From the NCBI GenBank assembly GCA_965637545.1, contig OZ281494.1:27218001-27282000 (forward strand): a stretch of 64,000 bases of DNA, in the 5' to 3' direction. The position numbers were made by a program, and so were the translations under genes. The notes below the pieces were generated by a model. It made no database searches. It worked only from the letters and a program-made list of their open reading frames with translations, and was not told the origin of the DNA. Origin of the DNA: Phallusia mammillata (Eukaryota). Below, piece after piece: positions 1 through 10,212 of this stretch (the stretch's first letter is position 1; each line of letters begins with the position of its first letter).

Positions 1-271
1 ATACAACGATAAAAAACTGTCTTGAAATGCCGAGTCCTAAAAGGTTTGGTTTTCTGAGTTGGAGACCTTGTGGTTCTTAATTCCCGTGGCAGGTTAAAAT
101 ACAGAAGGTGGTACTGAATCTAGGTAAACAAATGAACACTATAGAACCAATGTAAAAAAACAGCACGAAACCACATGTAACCAAAGGTGCCGTGCCCTAA
201 TGGAAACTTCTGTTAACTACAGAAGTACTCCAGCCAATAAAAACATGAAAGAAACTATGTCATCGATACAG

Positions 272-566
272 CAGTGATTCTTAAACGGTGTGCAACACAC
301 TGGTGTACCCCGATAGATTTTTAAGTGCCGCCAATTTAATCAGTTCAAACATTTCCTGGTGTTGTAGCGTTTGATTACTAAATGCATGACAACGTATTGA
401 AGCTCATTGTTTTTGTGGTTTCCATAAAAAGTAATCTTAGACACCACAATGAAGTTGCAAAATAACCATTTTTAACAATTTTGTTATGTTTACCTTCAAA
501 GCGTGCCATGAAATAAACAATTAGTTCATTAATGCGGCGCATTTTTGAAAAGTTTGAGAACCACTG
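272..566. mobile_element. hAT/Charlie-like MITE (~295 bp)
   Basis: Termini CAGTGATTCTTAAAC / GTTTGAGAACCACTG; decayed 8-bp flanks cgaTAcag/gccTAcag. Copies at 10646-10940, 20693-20989 and ~52387-52679. Confidence 0.6.
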
Positions 567-1737
567 GCCTACAGCGCTTGACGTGAAAAGATTTTTGCTT
601 GAAATTTATTTGTTTTTTTTTGGCAGATTCTGGTCGATAAGGAATGGCTTTGACAATGCATGCTTTTTGATTTTATTGAGTTTAATTGCAAATAAAAACG
701 CACCATAAATTCTTGTTTATCTGTAACTATTCAACCGAAAGTTTTTTCTTGTGAACCGTTTAACGCAAGAGGACATATGTTGGCTTTATATTATTGCTGA
801 ATTTACATTAAAGTGGTTTTAGGTCGAATGCACAAAAAATTATGAATGAAAGTTTTAAATGCAGCAGTGGACAGAAACGTCAGTTACCCAAACGAATAAT
901 AATAACAAACTATACATTAACACTATCATAAAGCTATGTTGCAATGATGTTTGTATGTGTAAAAATTGACAAACGTTCTGTGCACGAATGAACTATTTTT
1001 CAACAAAGACGATGGACCTGAGGTATGGAAAAGTATGGAAAAATGTAGCACTCTACCTGCGGCAGGGCGTTGATATTGATTGCTAAGTGTGTGTTGTGTT
1101 CAATCGTCAGTCATCTTTATAACTCCGCAGGCAAAGTGTGCTGTAACTACACAAGGCGTTTTGTGTTCGTCTTGCCAAATCTGTTGGATGTTTGGCAGCA
1201 AGCAAGTTTAGCTTGGTACTATGTTAGCCCACAAGTAGTTTAGGATATGTTTGAGTAGCCTTTTTGGATGGTGTCGATTGGAGCTGTTGCAAAACAAGCA
1301 CTTGTAAAAGTAATTGAGAAACATGCGACGATCAGAGCCAAATTGAGTAGACTCAATAAACTGCAAGTTGAAGTTAAGGTTGTATGAGCCATCATGAACC
1401 GCAACAACATAAATATCAACGACGACTTTGGTAAGTACAATAATTGTCAAACATTCCCCCAAATGCTCCCCAATGACAAAAACTTTTCCCGCCATTGCAA
1501 CTGTTGCGCCATTGTATCATTATTACGACATAACTGCAAATCTTCTATATGTCTCAATTTCAAGGTTTGTGTCTAAACGTGTAGTAAGGTTGTTGTTTGT
1601 GGTAGTTAGTTGTGTCAGTTTTAAGTTGTGCTGTAGTGGTATAATTTACAATTATAAGTTAGGTTATTTGACTGTTTGTAGTGCAATGTACTTTATTCTA
1701 TTTGGTTTAGGTTGTCGAAAACCAACGTTCTCATTCT

Positions 1738-1799
1738 AGAGACTGAACGGTAGAACTAGCAAAAGTCAAGAGACTTAACGGTAGAACTAGCAAAAAACT
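1738..1799. repeat. 31-bp minisatellite (agagactgaacggtagaactagcaaaagtca), 2 units
   Basis: Two units here, one at ~12124, about two at ~22174, three at 53893-53985. Confidence 0.8.
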
Positions 1800-2471
1800 T
1801 GTACGTTACTGTTAGATGAAAACGAATGACTGAAAGCGCCTTATTGTCATAATAACCATTGCGACTTCAACTCAAGAGTGGCATGTGGTGGCTGCCTTCT
1901 TAAAACCATGATCAGGATCTCCAGGTTAGAAGTTTAGAAAATGTCTTTTGTTTTTGATTTTTCCTAAAATAGAAAGTCGTAGTCAATTTACTGCAGATCC
2001 GCTTGCTTTGCATGTTATATTGCTGCGGACAATTGTTTTTCTACTGCCACGACTACAAATCGTCAAGATATCGAACGGTGTTTTTATAGATTATTCTTAT
2101 TGAGATTTCAGGTCAGCCGTTTTTTGATTGTTTGATAAACTATTTATCATAGTGCACCAGAGTCAAATTCATTTTGTGTCATCAATCACGATTTAACTGT
2201 TTCGATCATGATGTGATTGCAACATATCATACCCATGTTTACTCTGAAACGTTGTTTGACCATTAGAAGCTTTAAAATATTACTGTTGAAAATAAACCTA
2301 AATCATGAATACCAAAATATAGTTTGTGAAACCACGACGTATAGATATTGCGAAACAATTATGTAAGCAAGTGCAATTTGTCTTGTATTTTTGTTAACTG
2401 ATAATTTTTGGCAATTATCTTGCTTATTTAAGTACAGTCTTTGCGTATTTTGCGTGACTAACGTTTGCATG

Positions 2472-2479
2472 TGACGTCA
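2472..2479. promoter_or_regulatory. Palindromic CRE/ATF site (TGACGTCA) upstream of IL17a copy 1
   Basis: GTGACGTCAC lies ~770 bp upstream of the ATG. Retained at 12820, variant TGACGTCG at 54769, deleted in unit 3. Confidence 0.45.
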
Positions 2480-3247
2480 CACACTTTGTACTGACGTATA
2501 CCAACGCCAAGGCTAACCAAAAGAGATGAAGAATATTATCATTCGCTTTCGCCACGACTTTAGATTGAGAAAGCAACAATTTGAACAAAACTGAAAAACA
2601 TAATTATATAGCTGTAAGAAGTTTGAGTATATAATGGAATATTGTGTTCACATATGTATTTTCAAGAAAAATATCCGTTTGGCGAAATGGACGAACATAA
2701 TGGCAGCATATTATCAAATCTAACGTCATGTTTTGAAATGTAAACACTATCGTGCTTAAAGCATTGCAATTACTCCCAATTTTTTCCTACGATTGAAGAA
2801 AAAACGCAAAAGCTGTTCTCGAACCTTCATGACCTTTGTTTGCCGCGTTTTGTTTGTTTTCTTGTGTTAAAAATGAACAGGTCTGTTTCTCTAACTCGAC
2901 TCTATCGGTATTTACGTGCGGATATGACAAAAACACGACGCAACAAACTAAACTATTATTGCACTTGCGTTTTTCCTATCATGGACGCATCGTATGACTG
3001 CAAACACGACGTGGACGAACTTACTCATTTTACGCCGCGTTATTTAAACAACGTGCCGCTCAGGGCGTGTCACAAATATTCACCAGATATGCTATGACAA
3101 ACTCTTGAAAAAACATGGAACAAGTTTTACCGGAATGAAGTCAGTTTCCTAGACTTCCGTCAGTCGTATGAAAAGACTAGACAGCACATCTGATAATCTG
3201 AAACTAGTTTGTAAGAGCAAGATACTTTGTTACAAATACATTCGAGT

Positions 3248-4552
3248 ATGAGATTTCTCGTTTTTATGTCTTGGTTAGTGTTCATCGGTATTCGCTTTTC
3301 TTTCGGACAAGTGTAAGTTAAATAACATTGATTTTATAGGCTACTAGTACAATACTTTGCAGTAGTGTTTTGATTCCGTGTTGTAAGTACTTTAGGCTAC
3401 CCGACTTTGTAAGCTATCATAGCTAAAATTAATTCAAAAACGTTCATGTTTCGAAATCGTTCGCATTATTGAGTTAAAATACGATTTGCAACATCATTTA
3501 ATCTAAATTGGGTTCACAAGGCTATCTCGAAACAAATCCGGCTAAGATTAAAACGCCGTGTACCCAATACGTTATGCAACATGATGACAAAACACAAACA
3601 TTAGCGATTTATTTTTAGTCTCGATTTTGACGAATATGTGAAATTGGATGAAAAACTTCACAAGGATGCAGATTTTCGCAGCAGCCTCGAGACAATAAAT
3701 AATGAAACTGTTGGTCAACATGCCATGCATAATGTTGATTCGAAATGCCTTAGAATATTTCGGGACCTTGTGCAAGGGACGGACCAGTCTATGGGAGCCA
3801 GATCCCTTTCTCCCTGGCGATATGTGAAAAATTACGACAGTCGAAGGTAGACAGAAGTTAATAATTGTTGATGTTTGTACATTTTGCAGTAATTGCTTGA
3901 AATCTAAAGTAGCCTGACTGCTTTACACAACTATATCACTTGAATATGAATTCTGAAAGCATTTTTCTGTTGAATTTGTACCTAAAACAGATTTAAGAAA
4001 TCCTTTCCGTAATCGAATCAAATATTTTGCAATATGTTTATCCCCGCTGCTGCTAAGTTTAAATTAAAATTTTTCACCAAACACTTTTTGCAAGGAGAAA
4101 TTCCCTAAATGTTTCCAAAATGACCAAAATAGTTTACAGTTCGCTTTCAAAACTGTGGAAATGCAAAAATAACTGGAAATCGTGCAAAGTGCTTTTTGCC
4201 ATTGCCTAAGCGTGCGAACTATTTGCATAATTTCCTTATTTGGACTCTCTTGTCCAACCACACTTCTGTAAAAATCAGACACCTTTGCATATTTCCGGAC
4301 AGAGCGCCGGAAGACCGTTACATACTGGACACAGCTTGCGTCTGTCGCGGATGCTTTGTTAAAAACGGGGCATCATCTTTTGTCTACACTGAGAGTCTGA
4401 TCAGCAGACCTATCCCCTTCAGTCGCAACGTACGAGCAATGGATTACACATCTGTACCAGTCAAAGTCAACCTGGGCTGCCATTGCGTGTTTCCAACCAC
4501 GAGAAGTTCACCCAACATTGTGGATGACTCTGAAATATTATTGTTTTCGTAA
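3248..4552 (+). CDS. IL17: IL-17 family cytokine, class a, copy 1 (~180 aa)
   Basis: Exons 3248-3312 (signal peptide MRFLVFMSWLVFIGIRFSFGQ), 3619-3846 (...ARSLSPWRYVKNYDSRR) and 4303-4552 (APEDRYILDTACVCRGC...VKVNLGCHCVFPT...). GT-AG introns, both phase 2; the frame closes. Confidence 0.9.
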
Positions 4553-4591
4553 AACAATATGCTTATAATTTGTTTCGTTAACTTTATAAAG

Positions 4592-4608
4592 TTCGTTCTA
4601 CGAAGGAA
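4592..4608 (+). promoter_or_regulatory. CDE-like (Roquin-type) tri-loop stem-loop in IL17a 3'UTR
   Basis: TTCG-TTC-TAC-GAA-GGAA; the core TTCTACGAA (4596-4604) fits UUCYRYGAA. Also at 14971, 25643 and 56869. Confidence 0.5.
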
Positions 4609-5376
4609 ATCCTTATGTCAGTTTGAAATTCAAATTAAATACTTTTGTCAAAAATATTACCGACTGCTGATTCAGTGCGCCAATTATTTTTAGAACGGTG
4701 TTATAAAGTTTGGTATTGTACACCTTAGTATAAGCATAGCGAAAATAAATCCATCAAAATTAAACAACCAGTGATATCAGGGTATGACTTTTGGGTGATT
4801 TTCTTTTCTACACCCTGGTACAGAAAACTTTCGAGGGTGGTCATACATTACATCGCTTCAGTAACTATAAACTTACCTCAAATCTAAAGAAATACAGCTA
4901 GTTAAACTTGGATTAAATTAGGTTTTTGAACGACCGCAGTGTGTTTAAGATTTTATTTATCGTTGTCAAACAAATGTGAGAAATGCACAGGCCATGTAGG
5001 TCCAGTGTTGAAACCGGGTATTCTTGCTTTGCTGGTTGTTGTGACAAAGTAGCATGTTTGTGTATTTTGGTTTATGACTGATGTCATAGCCTGCTGTAAG
5101 TTGGCAAAACAATTATAAAAGCCCCGAAGTAATTTGCGTACAATTTTGCACGTTGAGTTTGAGTTGTGCCAGTTTCGTTTATTTTCAGCTGTCTTTGGGA
5201 TTTTGACATCAATCAAGTTAAGGGTAGTGTTTTTCTGTTTTTTAGAAAGTAGAAATTGAACTTGAAGGTAGAGCTACTAACATAAGAACTCACAATAGCC
5301 CGGTTTTCTAATATCCGGTAGATGACGCACGCAAATTTGTAAAAGAAATTTGTGTAAAAAATGCTCACAGGTAGGG

Positions 5377-5487
5377 GACAGGACCTTGGCCGAATGGTCA
5401 GGCACGCCTGACCCATGTATACAGACATAAAAAACCTTGATCGGGAACCCCGTGAAAAAAATAAATAAATAAATGAATAAATAAAAT
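5377..5487 (+). mobile_element. tRNA(Leu)-like short SINE, copy 1
   Basis: Head GACAGGACCTTGGCCGAATGGTCAGGC (box-A-like), (TAAA)n tail, and a 15-bp TSD TGCTCACAGGTAGGG at 5362-5376 and 5488-5502. Confidence 0.7.
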
Positions 5488-6263
5488 TGCTCACAGGTAG
5501 GGCTATTAGGGTTGGTCTGAGGTTCCATAATAATTATAACAATAAAATCAACACAAAGACCTAGTTCTTTATGCTCTTTACGCCATCTACCGGAAATTAG
5601 TAAACCTGGTTACTGTGCGTTCTTACGTTAGTAGCTCTTCCGGGTTTAAACCATAACTCCATGCGACGTTTTGTTCCTTGTCACGTTACTATGCTTATAG
5701 CACACGTTCATGTTTTGAAAACGGTTGATCCTTTAATGAGTCGAACTAAAGTACAATTTAAAACATTAGTTAGTCGAAATTAAAATAAACTGACTGCACA
5801 AGGCAACCTCATAAAACTCCGGTTAAGTTTGGAACGCGGTGTAAATCGTTTCCATACCTGATTCCTGCGTATTGTAGTCCTCTATGTTTGTTTTTTTAAC
5901 GCGTGTAAGATTTTGAATTATCCGCAATTTTTTGCGCTAAATTAATCGCAGCAATTTTATTATAGCAGATTTTTTTATCTTGGAAATTTTATTGCATAGT
6001 GTTTACGTCGCATCAATTTCATAGTGTTAACGTCAGTTCAGCAGGAGCGTGTTTTGTTCACGTTTTGCTAAACAAGCTTTTTGGGAGATTTTTTTACTTC
6101 TTGCATAAAACTCTTTCTTGTAATTTTGGGTTTCCCAAGTTCTTTTTCTGTCGTACAGGTTGCGTCGTACAGGTTTCATGTGCTGCTCTAACCAGAGTTA
6201 CCAGATATGACTTTAAAGTACAATTCTATAACTTTCATCCAGTGGCCTTGTGATACCGCGTGA

Positions 6264-6521
6264 TTGGAAATGTATATCGGGAAGACTGGAAGGTCACTCA
6301 ACACCCGCCGAAAAGAACATCAACGGGATGTTGCCAACAACGATGCGAAGAAGTCGGCTCTTTCCAATCACGCGATATCACAAGGCTACCGTATTGAGTT
6401 CAATGCAGCGTCTGTTGTGGCCCGACAGCCTGACTACAGGAAAAGACTATTTCTTGAGTCATGGAATATTTACCAACAGGGCAACATAATGAACATTAAA
6501 ACAGACGTGATGCTTTCGTGA
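6264..6521 (+). mobile_element. Penelope-like element relic, GIY-YIG endonuclease C-terminal fragment (copy 1)
   Basis: YIGKTGRSLNTRRKEH...SALSNH...RLFLESWNI, preceded by a degraded PCD motif with a stop. No reverse transcriptase is seen. Confidence 0.8.
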
Positions 6522-6690
6522 TGCTACAGGCACATGCTTAAAGATTAGAGTTGGGCGCTTTTATTTTATTTGTAACATCATCCGATTAAATACACAGTGA
6601 AAAAAAATAACACAAAAGAAACAGTTATGGTGAGTATAAAGTGGCGAATGTAAAAACAAGACACAATCGAAAAATTTTGATTCATTTAAT

Positions 6691-7939
6691 TTAAATCTTG
6701 GGAGGAAAGTCATTTTTCCACCTCAGCCAGTTTTTACTTTTGCGTTTTCGACCGCGTTTAGATTTTGGACGCGTAAAACAAACAGGTTTAGGGGCAGTTT
6801 TGTTTGATGGGGGTTCGTTGCCTGGAAATTGACAAGTACATGCAAATGGGACCTGGACTGTTTCAATACAGCGACGGCGTTTGCCATACTTTTTTACCAC
6901 CGTCATGGGCAAATACATTGGCACACTTCTCATACTCTTGTTTTCCCTTCCGGTGTCATAGTCGATGCAGCCGTCGCAAAGGCACTGGGCTTTTGATATG
7001 TACTTTGGTTTTCTAAAATAAAATGTTAAAAGTGAGCATTTGTTAACTTTTTAGGTTTTAATTTTGTTTTAAAATAGCATGAATATGAAAAAAATCGTAT
7101 CTTCTACCTCTTTAGGGCAGAAAAACTCCTACTTTGCAAAAAGTAATTTGTAAAAGCATGAATCATTACCTTCTCGCATCAAATTCGCGCACAAATTTCC
7201 AGGGTGACAAACTGCGTTGTCTAACAGCTTTGGCTTTTTGTTTATATCGTTTATTGAAACGTGGGCAGCTTTTACTTTGGACTGATCTCTTCTCGCGACC
7301 AACATAGTCCAAGTCATCGCTAGTGACGTTCACCACTTCCACTGTTTCCATGAGTTTCGGATCTTGGAGTAGAAGTTCTTCAAACTGATAGTATTCGTTT
7401 AACGGTTCTGCCAAAACCCTGTAATGAATAAATAGCTGTTTGTATAACAAGTTGGAGGTTGTAATTGACAATTCACGCGTGTATATTCTGTGTTCCCAGC
7501 AAGGGGGGAGTTTTTTTGGCATAAAGTAACACAAACGAGGATATAGTGCTTGGTAGCAGCTTTCAATATTATATAGCTTAAACCGTAAGAACACCGTTTA
7601 TTATCATCTCAAATAGTATGACAGTGATTCGAATTTGGTCAATACACAAACACTGCATTGCATCCAAACTATTGTTTATTGTTGGACGAACTTATACCTA
7701 ACTACACTGTTCGGAATAAGATAAACCTTCTCACGAAAGTGTAAAGTACACATGCAATGAATTAAAATCATATTTATGCCGATTTGCAGACACGACGATT
7801 TGGTAGCTTGAGTTAGATGGTATGATAAAGGGTAATTTACATTTCAATATACTTACCTTTCGTTGTTGAACATTTCAACTTCGCTTCCGGTCGCCAATCC
7901 CGCAATAAAAATCATCAACGTCGGCAAGATCAATGTCAT
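6691..7939 (-). CDS. IL17: IL-17 family cytokine, class b, copy 1 (~217 aa; REKR furin site, basic C-tail)
   Basis: Exons 7939-7857 (MTLILPTLMIFIAGLATGSEVEMFNNE), 7418-7170 (...GREKRSV...RSLSPWKFVREFDARR) and 7012-6691 (KPKYISKAQCLCDGC...VPFACTC...RPKSKRGRKRKSKNWLRWK...). Phase 2/2 introns. Confidence 0.9.
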
Positions 7940-8018
7940 GTCTTTATATGCTCACTTCTCTGCTTAAACTGTTGTCAAACTGCATCTGCAAACTGAATTG
8001 TTGACACGACGCGGCAAG

Positions 8019-8026
8019 CTTTTATA
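8019..8026 (-). promoter_or_regulatory. TATA box of IL17b (TATAAAAG)
   Basis: 80 bp upstream of the ATG on the minus strand; the same motif is at 18422-18429 and 29021-29028. Confidence 0.6.
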
Positions 8027-8756
8027 TCAGAAAGAGGAAAACTAACCCAAGGCGCAGCGAAAATGTCAAACAGTTGGCTGTGACAGTTGGCTTGGACGTA
8101 TTTCAACGCAACACATGAGTATACACGCTCGGCGCCAAACTTGACATCAAATCATTGCCATCAGAACTCCCAAAGGTATTTTGGCACAATGTTAAAACAT
8201 GCTTAACAACATGTTTGCAATGTATTTATAACACACATTCTCCTGGGCATTATTAATCTTAAAGGCTAGGTGGATCGCGAGAGTGGTTGGTAGATTTTTA
8301 GTCAAGTTGGCATTTGAGCAAATGCGCAGTTGTTTTGTTAGAGGTAGGAGTGGGTGCGAACAGCGTACTTTGGTGTATTAGAGAATCTGCGATCTATAGC
8401 AAATAGAAACCAAAAAATATATTCCTAGGTGTTTGTTTACTGCAGTACAAAAATTTAAGAGATTAAAACAAATTTAAATGTTGGAGCTTTTACCAAAGGA
8501 CTGTGCGACATAGAACATACATTGGTAGAAACTGTAGCAAAGAAAGTAGAAAGTGTAGAAAGAAGATAAACCTGAAGAAATAAAACGACTTTATATATCC
8601 TTTAGAATATTCATCCTTTAGAATATTTGGGTAATATTCAAAACACATAACACACTGATGTCAAATTAAAACTAAATTAAAATTGGGTAAATTAAACTAA
8701 CAGTGTTTATTTTGTTTGCCAGTGTTACTAGGCAGTATAAAAAAATAGTTCCAAAA

Positions 8757-10212
8757 ATGTTGCGGTTTGCAAATCATCTGTTTCTTTTTACCGTTTTGGC
8801 AGCTTTGGCACATTCATCATATGTTCCACCACCAACATGTGGGTATCATTTTTCCAGTTACTTTTTGTTAATAATGTTAGCGCATAACAATGACTCCAAA
8901 CTTATATTGGCTTATATCAGATATTTCGGATTTTACATTTAGAAAAAAAATAACATTATAAAATTTGGGAGGAATAAAATTCGCAGCGTTATTTAATTAC
9001 TGAACAATATCTAGCGCTCCAACAGACAGTTTGTTTATTATTAACAGTCGTCAATTTTAAAATAATTTTCTTTTTGTGTCAATCCCCTTTTTCATGAGCA
9101 TATCCTCTTTAAAAACATGTGACCACATTTCACTTATTCAATTTATCTAACTAACTGCATCAAAAAATTTTAGGCACCAAGCAAAACGAAATTATTGGTA
9201 GGCCGTTTCCTTGTGACGCGACATGTGCGAACCCGACTTCGTATGACGCGTGCTCCACAAGCACACCAACCTTCGTGCAAATGTCCCTGCGGATTTTTCA
9301 GAACCGAGGAAGGGAACTGTGTTTTTCTTCGCGATTGCCCTCCTAATAAGGGCCATCCTTGTAAGTATCTTCAGATTTAACCACTTAAGCGAGTTTGCAA
9401 AACGATCAATAACCAGCAACTTTAACGTCATTGTGGTTCAGTTACAACTATAGTGATGCATCGAAGTTTCGCTTGGGGAAAACATATCGGCTGAATATGC
9501 CGATTTGGCAATGTTGGTCATTTCTTTTGACAAATTGTTTTGTCTAGAAAACTAAAAAATAATAAAAACAGGAAAATATATTTTTAATATTTTCCATTCG
9601 AAGTCATTTATTATATGATCGTCAATGATCGTACTATCTGTTGGTTAGGGTCTGATACTGTTAAGTATAATCACGTTTAGCTTGGTAAAATATAATAAAT
9701 TGGGTTTACCTCGATTTCAGAAAACACAGTCATTCATTCTCGGTTTTCTTCTTAAAATACGGTTTAAAATTACTGAATTGAACTTTCTTAAAAACATCTT
9801 GATTTTAGAAAACATCATCACCCACTTTTTTAATTTCGTTTTAAAACACAGTCTACTTAAGTAGAGTTTTTACTGTATAAATTTTCTCTCAAACTGCGTG
9901 TTAAATCAACGGGTTTTTAGTGCAAATTACCATGAGGATTTTCAAAAATTTAAAACGAAGCACCCTGCAGCAGTTTGCAATTGTAACTCGCAGTTTATTA
10001 TTTTTTCAGGGACGCAGTGTGAGGAAGAACAGGTGATGTCTGCTAATCCGATGATTGCCGACGTCCCGACCCCTGACTGCGACCCAGTAACTGGAAACTT
10101 CATGCCCACGCAATGTGTTTACATGAGCCAGACTTGTTTCTGTGTTAATGTGTTAACTGGAAAGCAGTTAGATGGAACATCCACAACACTGCCTAAAAAG
10201 CCGAATTGCTAA
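8757..10212 (+). pseudogene. Secreted TIL (trypsin-inhibitor-like) + thyroglobulin type-1 domain gene, copy 1, +1 frameshift in exon 2
   Basis: Exon 8757-8838 is a signal peptide (MLRFANHLFLFTVLAALAHS). Exon 9174-9360 is the TIL domain (CDATCANP...C / CKCPCGFFRTEEGNCVFLRDC) and is 187 nt although phase 1/1 needs 3n. Exon 10010-10212 is the TY domain (QC...CDPVTGNFMPTQC...CFCVNVLTGKQLDGT...PNC). A splice-acceptor-like site precedes the ATG (8710-8722). Confidence 0.8.

Larger units (their letters stand above)
1..8042. repeat. Tandem segmental duplication unit 1 (partial, runs off left edge)
   Basis: Base 1 matches 10375 and 20434. The same gene order (IL17a+, GIY-YIG relic, IL17b-) recurs. 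Homology to the unit-3 flank ends at ...aggaaaac (8042/18445/29044). Confidence 0.95.

Noticed and set aside
4196-4302. TTG-started extension of IL17a exon 3 (and 43551-43597 for IL17e)
   Set aside because: It lies upstream of phase-2 acceptors that join exactly to the DSRR exon; intronic.
5377-5460. Functional tRNA gene
   Set aside because: No complete cloverleaf or acceptor stem and a poor box B; the TAAA tail and TSD indicate a retroposed derivative.
3572-7016. Antisense and alternate-frame ORFs over IL-17 exons (e.g. 3572-3775, 4064-4282, 6804-7016 and their copies)
   Set aside because: Shadow ORFs of real exons with no recognisable motifs; they recur only because the DNA is duplicated.
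7419-7594. N-terminal part (MFLRFKLY...) of ORFs 7166-7594, 17569-17997, 28246-28611 and 59025-59468 as the real IL17b start
   Set aside because: It is intron sequence in frame by chance. A canonical acceptor at 7419-7421 and a signal-peptide exon at 7939-7857 give a better model that matches IL17d.
8275-8282. TCTCGCGA (BANP/ZBTB33-type) motif suggesting a hidden housekeeping promoter
   Set aside because: A single 8-mer with no associated exon or CpG-rich context.
9245-9265. Programmed ribosomal frameshift restoring TIL-TY
   Set aside because: No slippery heptamer or obvious stimulator at the shift point.
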